Part shown: positions 11,396-22,160 of the stretch, piece by piece
How the letters are laid out: each line of letters begins with the position of its first letter
Numbering within the stretch: position 1 is the stretch's first letter
From: Minisyncoccota bacterium
GTDB taxonomy: Bacteria; Patescibacteriota; Minisyncoccia; Phycocordibacterales; UBA918
Direction: 5' to 3'
Length of the DNA: 64,000 nt
NCBI GenBank assembly: GCA_021129515.1
Contig: JAJOLD010000001.1
Coordinates: 164,850-228,849, forward strand
Position numbers and translations under genes: made by a program
The notes under the pieces: generated by a model
What the model was told of the DNA's origin: nothing
What the model saw: only the letters and a program-made list of their open reading frames with translations
Database searches by the model: none

Positions 11396-11626
11396 CTAGT
11401 CGATACTGAATGTAGGAACTTTAGGCATCGGCAGACCTCTCTCAAGCGCAGCTTCCAAAGATGGGCTAAATATACGACCCGCAGGATAAATCGTGAAAAA
11501 TGGACCTGTGCACTCTGCACCTGCTTGTACACATAGTGTATCGCGTATGTGCGGCGAATCTGCTTCATGTACACCTGTATCAGCATCATCTTCTGCTTCC
11601 AAACCCACAAAAAAAGTTTCACTCAT
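11396..11626 (-). CDS. Small hypothetical protein
   Basis: GGAGG RBS upstream; 76 aa. Confidence 0.35.
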   Translation of the reverse strand: MSETFFVGLEAEDDADTGVHEADSPHIRDTLCVQAGAECTGPFFTIYPAGRIFSPSLEAALERGLPMPKVPTFSID

Positions 11627-11800
11627 GGCGCACCTCCAAAATCATTGAAGAACGTACTTACTCAGCCTACCATCAAATTACTCTACATGCCATATACCTA
11701 GTGCATATGGAGACGGAAAACCGTTACTGTGCCGTAACTTCAATCTGGTGATGAGGTTGTAAAAAAAGCTAGCAATCCCTTGCTAGCTTTTCTGTGCATA

Positions 11801-12160
11801 CTATGCCACCTGCAGCTCTTGGTTAATATCAGAACCAAACGATATAGATCGGTCTACAACGCGTGTTGTTATATAGTAAATCTGACTGGTATACAAGATA
11901 TGTGCTGCAGATTCACGTATACATTCACGCATCGCACGCCGTGCCACAACTGCTGCATACTCCATCGTAGAATGGGTGTCTTTTTGCTCTGGTTTTTGTA
12001 AGAATTGATCAGGATTCTCTACAATCCCTTTTTGTATATCCTCTTCTGAAGAATCTATTGGTAGAGTGAGTGTATGAACACTATATCCCAGTGGATACTC
12101 CTTATTTACGCGCGCATTTACGACCCACACAAACAGTGCTGCTGTGTCTTGTACTGACAT
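11801..12160 (-). CDS. Hypothetical protein
   Basis: 119-aa ORF with GGAG upstream and a hairpin downstream. Confidence 0.4.
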   Translation of the reverse strand: MSVQDTAALFVWVVNARVNKEYPLGYSVHTLTLPIDSSEEDIQKGIVENPDQFLQKPEQKDTHSTMEYAAVVARRAMRECIRESAAHILYTSQIYYITTRVVDRSISFGSDINQELQVA

Positions 12161-12263
12161 ACGTTGTATAGTCTCCGTAGTATGTTTAAAAATGAACGAA
12201 ATTGTCCACCACAGAGTATACTGATAATTACCAGTATGTACAGTTTTTCTGTGGATAGCCGCT

Positions 12264-12566
12264 CTATGTCAACCGAAGTCGGTCAATCCGCTTTGCAAGA
12301 TCAAAATCTTTTGTGGTGAGCCCTTTCGGTTCATGGGTCGCTAGTTTCACCTTTACTTTGCCATAGGAGAGTTCAATGGTTGGATGATGGTCAATCACTT
12401 CAGCATGTACGGTAATCTTTGCAACAAAAGCAAGTGCCGTGATAAAAGATGGAAACGTAAATGTTTTAGAAAGTTGTGTATGCTTTTTGTTTGGCACCCA
12501 CTCAGAAAGTGCCTCAATGCGCTTTTGCACCTCCTTTTCTCCAAAGACCTTTGGTTTACACGGCAT
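12264..12566 (-). CDS. Pterin-4a-carbinolamine dehydratase family protein
   Basis: AEVIDHHPTI...THEPKGLTTKDFDLAKRID. Confidence 0.9.
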   Translation of the reverse strand: MPCKPKVFGEKEVQKRIEALSEWVPNKKHTQLSKTFTFPSFITALAFVAKITVHAEVIDHHPTIELSYGKVKVKLATHEPKGLTTKDFDLAKRIDRLRLT

Positions 12567-12594
12567 ACTGTTTCACTCACTACAATACCACGAC

Positions 12595-13572
12595 TTAGTG
12601 CGCTGTATATAATGCATCTGTGAGTAGATGCTCAATTAATCCATCATACGTTCCACCAACCGCGTCGATAGCCCTAGGGACGAGCGATGCCGGCGTCAAT
12701 CCTGGCAAGGTATTTACTTCGAGAAAGTAGAGTGCATCATCAGCAACAATAAAATCAGAACGAGAATACTGTGACAATCCCAGTGTTTGATGAATATGTT
12801 GTGCTGCTTGTTCTATGTGCTGCTTTACCTCAGTATCAAAACGTGCCGGGCATATTTCCTCTGTCGCATCGTTATATTTCACCTCGTAGTCAAAAAAATC
12901 ACTGGTATGGGGCGGCACAATTTCAACTGGTGGGAGTGCGTAAAGTTGCTGTCCTCGATAACGCTCGATCACCCCGCAGGTTGCTTCGCGACCAATAATT
13001 CGCTGTTCCACAATCACCTCATCATAGGTCTCGAGTGCAGCTTTGAGCAGTTCAGGAAGATGTGCCGGACTCTCAACCATAACCGCACCAACCGAAGAGC
13101 CCAACGCCACCGGCTTAATGACGTAGCTTGGACCAAATGAATCAGCAATTCTATCGGTCACTGAAAACAGTGCCGGAAGCGAGCTGCGCGACACCAACAT
13201 ATGCGGAGCAAGCGCAAATGCAAGATCGGCAACATGATCCTTGGTGAGTGCTTTGTGCATCGCAAGTGCCGAGGCATACGCACCACTACCCGTATACGGA
13301 ACAGCGAGTCGGTCGAGTAATCGCTGTACCGTACCGTCTTCACCATAGGTGCCATGAAGTGCCACAAACACGACATCAACGCCTTGGAGGATTTGCTCTG
13401 GAAAGCGCACATACCCGTCAACGAGCCATTCTCCAGATTGCGTAATAACCACATCAATCGGGTCGTAGGTGGTTCTATCAATAGCAGCAAGCACTGAAGC
13501 GCCCGTTTGCATGGAAATATCGTATTCCACACTGGGACCTCCGCGAAGCACGGCTACACGAGTCTTTTGCAT
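12595..13572 (-). CDS. ddl: D-alanine--D-alanine ligase
   Basis: GGPSVEYDIS, LHGTYGEDGTVQ, LEVNTLPGLT. Confidence 0.96.
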   Translation of the reverse strand: MQKTRVAVLRGGPSVEYDISMQTGASVLAAIDRTTYDPIDVVITQSGEWLVDGYVRFPEQILQGVDVVFVALHGTYGEDGTVQRLLDRLAVPYTGSGAYASALAMHKALTKDHVADLAFALAPHMLVSRSSLPALFSVTDRIADSFGPSYVIKPVALGSSVGAVMVESPAHLPELLKAALETYDEVIVEQRIIGREATCGVIERYRGQQLYALPPVEIVPPHTSDFFDYEVKYNDATEEICPARFDTEVKQHIEQAAQHIHQTLGLSQYSRSDFIVADDALYFLEVNTLPGLTPASLVPRAIDAVGGTYDGLIEHLLTDALYTAH

Positions 13573-13625
13573 ACCTAAATTCTAACACATGGCATAGGTG
13601 AAAAGTTGTATGCATCATGCGGTAG

Positions 13626-14846
13626 CTAGAATGTTCTTTTTTGTTTGTGATAGGTAATAGCAAAGCGATGCGACTCTGCATTTGCAAGCAAGATACTGTC
13701 TCGATGTGTCGTAATCAAGTCACCAGGACCGATAAACTTTTTAGGCTTGTGGTGTTTGTCTTTCACCACGCCCACCACGGGAATTGAAATATTCTGCGCC
13801 CTGAGCACTGCCTCCACAGCGTTTTTCTGCGCAGTGGCTCCATCCACCACAATAAGTTCGGGCAACGGCCATGCATCGTGCTTTAAGCGACGCTCAAGCA
13901 CCTCAGTGAGCGATGCAGGGTCGTTTGCATCTGTCAAAGTTTTGATTTTAAACTTTCTATACTCACTTTTTTCGGGTTGTCCGTGTTCAACCACAACCAT
14001 AACGCCCACCATATCTTTCCCACGCATATGTGAGATATCATACCCTTCAATACGAAATGTTTTTTCGTCCCGGCAGAACCGAGATTCCTTTTTAATCAAC
14101 GCGATATCTTGAATGTGTGTGAGCGCATGCACTTTTTTACGAATTGCAATTGCTTCTTCAAACCGCTCTGCTTTGGCAAGCTGCATCATATCTCGGTTCA
14201 GCTCCTTGATAATCTGCTTTTTCTTTCCTTGAAACAAAAGCCGTATGTGCCGAATTGTTTTTATATATTCCTCTTTGTTTTCTTCACTCGGGTAGAGTCC
14301 GATTTGCCGGTTGAAATCAATTTTTCCGCGTTCCATTTTTGATGACGCTTCAGTCACTGGTTTTTTCGTATCGTAGTATTGAAACAACTTACGCACAATG
14401 CGCAAGGCTTCTTTAAAGAGCATACCGTGTGGAAAGGGTCCAAACGTATACTTAATATCTTTTTCCTCATAGTGCTCCGTGAGGTCTTTGCCGCGCACGA
14501 CCAAGAGCCGTGGAAATTCCTCGTTGGTGATGATGAGGTGGTTGTAGCTTTTGTCGTCTTTTGAACGAGTATTGAAATGAGGTTTATGGGTTCGAATGAG
14601 GTTTGCCTCAAGAATAAGTGCTTCAAGCACTGAGTCAGTCTCTGTGTATTCAACCGTTTCTGCAGTCGCTACCATTTGCGCAATAAGCGCGCTACGTTTT
14701 TCTACAATATCATCAGCAAAGTAGCTCCGCACCCGACTACGGAGTGAGGTTGCTTTGCCAATATAGAGTATTTCTTTCTGACTGCCGAGAAAAAAATACA
14801 CCCCCGGTTTGTCAGGAATATCATTTGGGATGTCACACTTTTGCAT
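13626..14846 (-). CDS. uvrC: UvrC-like excinuclease (GIY-YIG + UVR + RNase H-like), lacking the C-terminal HhH domain
   Basis: PGVYFF..ILYIGKATSLRSRVRSYF; IEGYDISH; LIVVDGA; ESHRFAITYH. Confidence 0.85.
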   Translation of the reverse strand: MQKCDIPNDIPDKPGVYFFLGSQKEILYIGKATSLRSRVRSYFADDIVEKRSALIAQMVATAETVEYTETDSVLEALILEANLIRTHKPHFNTRSKDDKSYNHLIITNEEFPRLLVVRGKDLTEHYEEKDIKYTFGPFPHGMLFKEALRIVRKLFQYYDTKKPVTEASSKMERGKIDFNRQIGLYPSEENKEEYIKTIRHIRLLFQGKKKQIIKELNRDMMQLAKAERFEEAIAIRKKVHALTHIQDIALIKKESRFCRDEKTFRIEGYDISHMRGKDMVGVMVVVEHGQPEKSEYRKFKIKTLTDANDPASLTEVLERRLKHDAWPLPELIVVDGATAQKNAVEAVLRAQNISIPVVGVVKDKHHKPKKFIGPGDLITTHRDSILLANAESHRFAITYHKQKRTF

Positions 14847-15171
14847 AGAAAAACAATACCACACTCGTGATACGTGTGTGCATGTCTAGGCTTGCGCAAA
14901 AAGAACTTGCGCGTATACTGAGTGTGTAGGGTTAGGTTGTGTTCGCACTATACTAAGCCCTCCCAGGATGAAGTTGCGCCACGCGCAACACCAAATTTCC
15001 TATCTTGTTCTTTCACGGAATCACCATGATTCCCCCACTGTTCTTCTCTCGAAGAAATTTCTCTATAAGCCCGTCAATACGACGGTGCTTTTTATTATTC
15101 ATTCAGAGACACAAATAAAAGATTCCGTATACCATACGCCATACAGGGGTCCGACCCCTGTATGGACAGCA

Positions 15172-16599
15172 CTAATACAACTTGCGCATGACCGTCTTTG
15201 CAAAGGGTGTGAGCTTGTCTTTAAAGTACCCTGAGATGACCCGCTTATTAATACGCGTCGCAGCTGGATATGGATAGGTTTTATTGAACAACGCTGACAC
15301 ACGCAGCCCACTCGACATCGCGAGTATCAACTCTTGCACAAGCTCGCCCGCACCCCGCGCAACCATACTTCCTCCAAAGAGCGTCCCTTTCTTTGGGTGC
15401 ACCAAGAGCTTCACTCTGCCAGACGTTGCACCCTCGGTAATCGCTCGGTCATCATGAACAAACGACTCTTCGAGTACTCGATACGATATGTTCCGTTCTT
15501 TAAGCACTGCTTCACTGAGCCCGAAAGTTGCTATTTCAGGTGTGGTATACGTAACCCAGCTCATGTGGTCGGTGTTGAGCTTTTTTTTGAAAAACGGCAC
15601 AAAGAAGTTGCGGAGTATCACACCCGCATGTAGCTCTGCCGCATGGGTGAACTGGTGTTGCCCTGCAGCGTCACCACACACAAACACACGAGGATTCGAA
15701 GTGCGTAGATATTGGTCAAGGATAATTTTGCCACAATCATCAGTGTTAATGCCCGCATTCCCAAGCCCTAGTGTATCGACATTGAGCACACGACCAATAG
15801 AGACCAAAAGCGCATCAAAGGGCAATGCCGTTTCTTCGCTCCCCTCCGCATCACGCACAATCAGGTGCCCATCCTCAATACGCAGCACCTCCTTTTTAAA
15901 GTGCAATGCAACACCATCTTCGAGTAATTGCCCCAAGAGCACCTCAGACATAGCTTTGTCCTCACGTGCAAGTATTTGCGCGTCATTAGTCACCATAGAC
16001 ACCTCGCTCCCTAGTTGCCTGAATGCCTGACCAAGCTCTACACCAATAGGACCCGCACCAATCACCACGAGTTTCTTAGGCAGTGTTTTAAGATTGAAAA
16101 TAGTTTCATTGGTATGTATCACACCTGCGTCAGTCGCTTCTTTGATACCGGGAATGTCGAGTGTGCGTGACCTGGAGCCCGTTGCAATCACAATTTTTTT
16201 GCTGGTGTATTCCTTCCCGGCGACTGACACCGCATCTTTTGACCTAAAGGTTGCGTGTCCCAAAACCACATCAATACCCATACCGCGGAAATGCTCTGCA
16301 TTTTCATGCTCACGTATCGTCTCCCGCGCCCCGTTCACATGCGCCATCACCTTTTCCATATCCACCACACCCTCCTGCGTCACTCCATACTGCGTAGCTT
16401 GCTTCCCCGCAGCAACCGTGCGCGCTGCATGTATCAATGCCTTTGAAGGCACACAGCCATAGTTGAGACAATCACCGCCAATACTCGTGTCTGATTTGTC
16501 GATAAGGAGCACCCGACACCCAACCGTGTTCATAAACACCGCAATATTGAGTCCTCCTGCTCCTGCACCGATCACGATAATGTCATATATATCTTGCAC
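15172..16599 (-). CDS. Pyridine nucleotide-disulfide oxidoreductase (mercuric reductase/dihydrolipoamide dehydrogenase-like)
   Basis: GAGAGG, GGDCLNYGCVPSKAL, GAGPIGVE, YPYP. Confidence 0.9.
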   Translation of the reverse strand: MQDIYDIIVIGAGAGGLNIAVFMNTVGCRVLLIDKSDTSIGGDCLNYGCVPSKALIHAARTVAAGKQATQYGVTQEGVVDMEKVMAHVNGARETIREHENAEHFRGMGIDVVLGHATFRSKDAVSVAGKEYTSKKIVIATGSRSRTLDIPGIKEATDAGVIHTNETIFNLKTLPKKLVVIGAGPIGVELGQAFRQLGSEVSMVTNDAQILAREDKAMSEVLLGQLLEDGVALHFKKEVLRIEDGHLIVRDAEGSEETALPFDALLVSIGRVLNVDTLGLGNAGINTDDCGKIILDQYLRTSNPRVFVCGDAAGQHQFTHAAELHAGVILRNFFVPFFKKKLNTDHMSWVTYTTPEIATFGLSEAVLKERNISYRVLEESFVHDDRAITEGATSGRVKLLVHPKKGTLFGGSMVARGAGELVQELILAMSSGLRVSALFNKTYPYPAATRINKRVISGYFKDKLTPFAKTVMRKLY

Positions 16600-16697
16600 A
16601 GCATGAGTATAACAGGTAAAGCAGACTATACATTTACCCGCACCGTGTATAAAAAAAGACCCCAGGTTCCCCCCGGGATATTCAATGAATCATCGCA

Positions 16698-17276
16698 TTA
16701 CCAAATAATAGTCACACCAAGCAACAGCAGTGCACAGCAACTAGCAACGAGCTGACCGTTACTCACCGTAGTTGTGCGGGACACAATTTCATCCAATGAG
16801 CCAGCACCAGTGTTGTGTTTCTTTTGACGTGTATAGAATGCCAATACACCTTCATCAGGAACACGTCGTAACGTTCCATCTGACAAAGACCAGTGCGACC
16901 ACACAAACGGCGACAGCCAATGGAGCCCTTGTTTTTGTACAGAATCATGTACAAAATGTCCCATCAGACACGTAAGTGCAAGTACCGTGTAGTACTATTC
17001 AGCACCCTCTGGAGCTATGATATATGCACACAGCACACCCAACGGAATGATAGGAAGCGGATGGTGTCCAAACACCCAGTGCCCATTAGCCTTGTTTTTG
17101 CCCACAGCAAAGGAACCTTTATACTTTTTCCAGAGCAAGTATGGAATCATATCACCCTCAGGTGCATGCCCCATAAATACTGTAAAACAAAATGCCAGTA
17201 CACCAAATTCTTGCTGGAAGGCAAGCGCAACAATACCATATAGTATCACTGACATACTCATATCAACACCAAACAA
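16698..17276 (-). pseudogene. Membrane metal-dependent hydrolase-like gene interrupted by one in-frame TAG at 16995-16997
   Basis: ORFs 16995-17276 and 16698-16964 are in frame, joined by *YYTVLALTCL; motifs HAPEGD, GHHP, GHFVHD. Confidence 0.6.
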
Positions 17277-17390
17277 AATGCTGATGAGTGTTTTTTATAC
17301 CAGTTACCACTCTTATGTAACCCACATCTATCTCCTTGAAAAACCTGAAAGGATTATGCAACAAAAAAATATTATTTAGCAAGCTTCACC

Positions 17391-18386
17391 CTATAGTTTC
17401 CATACTACGCCATTATCCTGGTGATGCTGCACCCACGAGAACCACATTTCGTAATAACCAGGGACCGGGAAACCATCTTCAGTCACAACTATTGCACTGT
17501 TTTCTTTCTTTGCAGTATATGTTTTGCCTCCATGCTCAAACGTACTTGTACTTCCCTCCTTGAGTGCTTCCATGGCAAACACAATCGAGGCATTGGGGCG
17601 CGGAATCACATACATAATAGTCTTTCCAAAGAAGCGATTGTCTTCTATAGAAATTGGGAAATAGGTCCCTTCGGTTTCTTCGTAACCACTATATGGATTA
17701 CGTCCATAGTTGCGTCCATGCCCAGTATCAGTACTCAAAACACGCGCCTCGGAATGGTGTGCCTGTACCTCCGCAAAACTAAGCAGCTGCATAGGCAAGA
17801 TTTCGAGTTTGGTACCGGTACGCTCACCCACGACTGCCTCGCCTCGCGCTTGTGACCACAGCGATTCTCCCCCGCGGTCATACATCAACAAATTCGACTC
17901 GTAGAGCATGCCACTGACACCAAAGGTCACAATTGTGTCACCAAGGTCACGATTAAACACAATCCCCGACCCACAGAGCGGGCAGAAGGTCGCGGCAAAG
18001 TGCGTATCTCCTACAGTGTCGTTCACAATCTCATGCCATACCAAAATACTGTATGGGTAGTATCGTTTTTCTCCATCAAACTCGACCAAAATACCGAGTG
18101 TGTCCGGCAGCACGTCTGCCCCAGCAACACTCGTAAAGGCTGGTTCGTCAATCGACGGAATACCGTCTTTACCCGGACCACCACTAAATATGAGCGATTG
18201 GTCAATAGACGACTTTTCAGTATTGGTTAGCAACCCACGACCCAAAAATCCTTGCTCAAACGATGCCTCAGTACCCGCTGCAGGTGCATACCCTGTCACC
18301 TGTTCTGTGTCACGCGAGTGCAAAAAGAAATACACCCCACCAAGCAATAAAATGGTTATGCCAATGAATATCGAATATTGTTTCAT
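17391..18386 (-). CDS. DUF3179-family protein
   Basis: GGPGKDGIPSIDEP, WHEIVND, TFCPLCGSG, FGVSGMLYESNLLMYD, WFSW. Confidence 0.88.
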   Translation of the reverse strand: MKQYSIFIGITILLLGGVYFFLHSRDTEQVTGYAPAAGTEASFEQGFLGRGLLTNTEKSSIDQSLIFSGGPGKDGIPSIDEPAFTSVAGADVLPDTLGILVEFDGEKRYYPYSILVWHEIVNDTVGDTHFAATFCPLCGSGIVFNRDLGDTIVTFGVSGMLYESNLLMYDRGGESLWSQARGEAVVGERTGTKLEILPMQLLSFAEVQAHHSEARVLSTDTGHGRNYGRNPYSGYEETEGTYFPISIEDNRFFGKTIMYVIPRPNASIVFAMEALKEGSTSTFEHGGKTYTAKKENSAIVVTEDGFPVPGYYEMWFSWVQHHQDNGVVWKL

Positions 18387-18503
18387 ACTTTGTGTCGCTT
18401 AGTGTGTAATAGGTAAGTATGAGTATAGCATATATGTAAAGTAAAGTTTACATCTCCATACAAAAAAAAGCCCCTCGTGGCGGAGAAGCTTAAATCGGGT
18501 ATA

Positions 18504-18884
18504 TCAGGCACATACTCTTATTGTCTCATGAGCCTGTGCATGCATCGATTCCCTATATATGCGATGCAGAAATGATGCTGTTCTAAATTTCATTTCAAAA
18601 TCATCCGTGTCAAGTTCTTCATTGAGATACGTTCTATAGAACAGGGTCCCCGTCTGGATTGCTGACAGCGGAAACTCCCTCCCGACACACAACTCAGATA
18701 TACCTTGGGCGTCACGGACTTTAATCAGTAGTGTGCTTCTTGAAACTTTCCAAACAGCACACTCACAGCCCCATGTTCTATCAGTGATAAAAAAGAATAC
18801 ACGCTGAGGCAATTCCTGCATCAGACCATCAATGTAGCGTCGTAGTGCTTGCGGCTTTTTTAACACGGTCCTTACTCGTCTCAT
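18504..18884 (-). CDS. Hypothetical protein
   Basis: GAGGTG RBS before ATG at 18884. Confidence 0.4.
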   Translation of the reverse strand: MRRVRTVLKKPQALRRYIDGLMQELPQRVFFFITDRTWGCECAVWKVSRSTLLIKVRDAQGISELCVGREFPLSAIQTGTLFYRTYLNEELDTDDFEMKFRTASFLHRIYRESMHAQAHETIRVCA

Positions 18885-19025
18885 GAAATACACCTCTCTA
18901 AAGATCGTTTGCTTTAGACTGCAGGAAAACAAGGACTTTGTCAACACAAAACCACGGCTGGACCATGGCTTTGTGTATTGTCTTTTTTCTTGTTGTAGGC
19001 TATGAGGTTGTAGTGAAATATACAG

Positions 19026-19544
19026 CTAGTCTTGTGAACCAAATCCGCGACCTTCACCTCCCCTGTGTGCACCCTTGCCCTTCTTGTGTTCAGGTCGTTC
19101 GAGTCCTAGCTCTTCAAAAATTTCCTTGGCACCCTCTCGGTCACCCGCTTCTTTGAGCTCATGTGCTTCTACAATTTTTTTGAAATCACTTTCTGAGTTG
19201 ATTGTATCTTCCAGTCGCGTTCCTTCAATGGCGTCTTGGAATGCATCGTAGTCTTCGTCATCAATCGCTGCATGGATTTCCTCGCGCATTGTCGTGCGGT
19301 ACTCACGAGCGGCAGTCCGGATTTCATGCATTGTTTCTCGGTCAAGGTCAGCATCGTCGAGCACTGCAATAATTTCTGTCCGGTCAGCACCTTCCATACG
19401 GAGTTCGTGTACCGCTTCGAGCGCTGCTACTTGATCACTTGAGAGGTCAACGTCGATTTTGTCGAGTATATCAGTATTAAATGCACTGACACTTGTTGCA
19501 GTCACAGCAAACGCGGCAACGGGAATAAATAATTGTTTCATCAT
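19026..19544 (-). CDS. Secreted acidic helical hypothetical protein
   Basis: Signal peptide MMKQLFIPVAAFAVTATSVSA; Gly/His-rich tail. Confidence 0.7.
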   Translation of the reverse strand: MMKQLFIPVAAFAVTATSVSAFNTDILDKIDVDLSSDQVAALEAVHELRMEGADRTEIIAVLDDADLDRETMHEIRTAAREYRTTMREEIHAAIDDEDYDAFQDAIEGTRLEDTINSESDFKKIVEAHELKEAGDREGAKEIFEELGLERPEHKKGKGAHRGGEGRGFGSQD

Positions 19545-19765
19545 ATGTTAGTTGTTAGTACGTAATAAGTAGTACGTTGTTGGTAATAGAGCTATCATTG
19601 CAATGTGTTCCAGAGGCGACCGCACATGCGCCCGCCTCACCTATTACTACATCACCACCGCATACTTATTTCAAAAAACACTCCAGAGATATCTAAAGTG
19701 CGCTGTGTTGTATTGCAGATAGCTATATCAGTGGTGTATACAAAACTTTTTGTATATCAAAAATA

Positions 19766-19793
19766 CAGTATGACGTTACATTGTATCATACTA
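19766..19793 (+). repeat. 28-bp semi-palindromic site, copy 1
   Basis: cagtatgacgttacattgtatcatacta. Confidence 0.8.
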
Positions 19794-19829
19794 GTATAGT
19801 GGCGTCGGTTATACTCAAAAACGATGTAC

Positions 19830-20048
19830 CTATACGAGATACCGCTCAATTTCCTCAACCGCTTCTGCCACAATCTCGGCATCAGCGTCATCGATGAGTC
19901 CTTGCTGGAGTGTCTCAAGTACACGATGAATCTCTGCAGGGTTATATCCCCGCTCCTTTATTTTCAATGCTTCTTTGAGTACAAAATTTTCTTCATACGT
20001 ACTCTTCTTGAGTGCAGTATCAAATAGTTTGGTGAATGGATGTGGCAT
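19830..20048 (-). CDS. Small hypothetical protein
   Basis: 72-aa ORF with protein-like composition, co-oriented with neighbours. Confidence 0.6.
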   Translation of the reverse strand: MPHPFTKLFDTALKKSTYEENFVLKEALKIKERGYNPAEIHRVLETLQQGLIDDADAEIVAEAVEEIERYLV

Positions 20049-20067
20049 AGTGTCTCGAGTAATTACC

Positions 20068-20655
20068 CTACCGATGGAAAAAGAAATCTTTTTTCTTAAT
20101 TAATTTTTGCACCAACGACTCCCAATACGGCACCACTGCTGCTGAAAGTGCTATTTTATCTTACTTATTGGTGACCAACGTATCAAAGGAGATGTCATAC
20201 TCTTTCCACATTGACTGCTTTGTTTCCATACTAATGTTCAACGGGTCAACGAGTTTATCGACCGCATATACAAATGCAGCCTCTGGTGTATTGCGTGCAT
20301 GGTACTCATGAATCGCTGCCACAAGTTCCGGGAATTCTGCATATTCCTTTTCTATACGCTGCAGTGCTTTTGCTTCACGAGCATCTTTGGTCTTCTTTGC
20401 TTCTTCATCATAAGCAAACGTATCACCAGCATATACCTCAACAATGTCGTGTGCGAGTGCATACTTCAACACACGCTCATGATCTAAGTCAAGCCGCTCA
20501 ACAGTCATGAGGCACCAACAATGCATCGCCAACTCAAATGTATGCTCAGCAGTATTAGTCTGTGCATGTTCATCGGGTCGCCGCGCAACACGCGTAACGC
20601 GCTCCACGTCATGCAGCAGGCGCGCAAAATGTTCTAGTTTTTCGAGCGAGGACAT
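20068..20655 (-). pseudogene. HD-domain hydrolase, probably truncated by a premature TAA at 20161-20163
   Basis: AEHTF, LAHDIVE, YAVDKL motifs; frame continues DKIALSAAVVPYWESLVQKLIKKKDFFFHR to TAG at 20068. Confidence 0.6.
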
Positions 20656-20731
20656 ATGCCGAGTATAGCAAGAAATAAAAAAATCGGCACAGCAGCGCCG
20701 ATTTTTTTATATGTATGGAGTAGCTATCCGT

Positions 20732-21415
20732 TTATATTGCAGTCTGTGCAATGATTGAGAACTGCAATTGCACCATATCAGCAACGATATTGTCAGCAAG
20801 GTTATCGAAGAATGACCCCGAGCCCGCAGTAATACCCCACTTGGTTCGGTCAAATGCAAATTGCGCCTCACCACGAAGCACCCCATCGCTCAGCTGTGTC
20901 ACCCTAACCGGGAATGTCACTGCATGTGTTTCTCCTTTCATGGTAAGGTCGCCGGTGACCTCGTAGACACCAGACGCATCAGGTGCCGCAAATGACTCCG
21001 TCACAGTAAAGGTGGCCTGTGGGTACGTATCTACATCAAACCACCGACTTCCCTTTAAGTGTTCTTCGAGCGCGGACTCCTTCCCTGGCTTCTTGGGTGT
21101 TTCAGACACCGAAAGTGTATTCATGTCGATGGCAAACGAACCATTCACAGCCTCCTCAGAAATAGTAAAGTCACCACCACTCAAGGCAAGCGCACCTGCA
21201 TTGATATACCCTTCAACAAGCGGCTTCTGCCCTGCCCAGCGCACGGTGCTTTCGGTCACATCGACCGTGTATGTACCAAACACAATCTCATACACTTCGG
21301 ACACACCCGCAGTGTCAGCGGTTTGCACTTGCTCTGACTGCGGCGTGTTGTTCTGATTCATAAAGAGGAACCACGCAAGCCCCACCACAACAATAATTCC
21401 TATAATATATCGCAT
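20732..21415 (-). CDS. YceI-family protein
   Basis: HLKGSRWFDVDTYPQATF, GDLTMKGETH, FDRTKWGI. Confidence 0.9.
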   Translation of the reverse strand: MRYIIGIIVVVGLAWFLFMNQNNTPQSEQVQTADTAGVSEVYEIVFGTYTVDVTESTVRWAGQKPLVEGYINAGALALSGGDFTISEEAVNGSFAIDMNTLSVSETPKKPGKESALEEHLKGSRWFDVDTYPQATFTVTESFAAPDASGVYEVTGDLTMKGETHAVTFPVRVTQLSDGVLRGEAQFAFDRTKWGITAGSGSFFDNLADNIVADMVQLQFSIIAQTAI

Positions 21416-21582
21416 ACTATGTATATTTTTAATGTCTATTACTAATGTTCACATGACACACACGTGTCGGTCAAAATTCGTCGATGTAGTATACTAAAGA
21501 AAAAACCGCTGTTCGCATTTTGCTACTAAACGGCTTTGAATCGAGCGCATCAGGACCATACTTTCACTCTATATGCCTCGAA

Positions 21583-22041
21583 TTACCTTCTCCAGAAACC
21601 TTCACTGTCCTGGAGCTGTTTTATTTGTACGTCTGAAGGGGACGATCTGCCATAGATGGGGTTGAGTATGCGATTCATGGCGCTTTGCGCCCTTCTCACT
21701 TCACCAACCATGTGTTTACATTGTTGTTGCCGGAAATTAACATACCTCTCAGCACATTGACGTGAGACGTGCTCTAGAGCGTCTGTCGTAGGTATTGCAA
21801 ACACCAGTTCTGACACAACCACCCTTCTTACGTGTGTTTCCCCCTCGGGCAATACAAGACATTCGGCACACGGTGCCGCTGCGGCAACTGCTTGACCTTC
21901 GTCCATATGCTCCGTTTGCGTTTCGGCAACTGGAACAGTCTGTACCGTGTCTGCCTGGAGCACAAACGTGTCACAAAACCACAATAGACCTGCAGTTAAA
22001 ACCACCACAATGAGAGGTTCTTCAGCTTTACGACTTAACAT
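21583..22041 (-). CDS. Hypothetical membrane-anchored protein
   Basis: GGGAG RBS, N-terminal hydrophobic segment. Confidence 0.45.
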   Translation of the reverse strand: MLSRKAEEPLIVVVLTAGLLWFCDTFVLQADTVQTVPVAETQTEHMDEGQAVAAAAPCAECLVLPEGETHVRRVVVSELVFAIPTTDALEHVSRQCAERYVNFRQQQCKHMVGEVRRAQSAMNRILNPIYGRSSPSDVQIKQLQDSEGFWRR

Positions 22042-22160
22042 GAGATACTCCCTTTCTGTTGACTCAAAACCTTATAGGAAAATACGATACAAAACAGAAT
22101 ATGTCAATGTATCGCACCTGGCATCTCTTAATTTCAAAACCACACATCGGTTTCCTGAGA

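Noticed and set aside
16995-20163. Alternative genetic code or stop readthrough
   Set aside because: Two different stop codons are involved, tRNA-Trp has a CCA anticodon, and conserved genes end normally in TAA, TAG and TGA.
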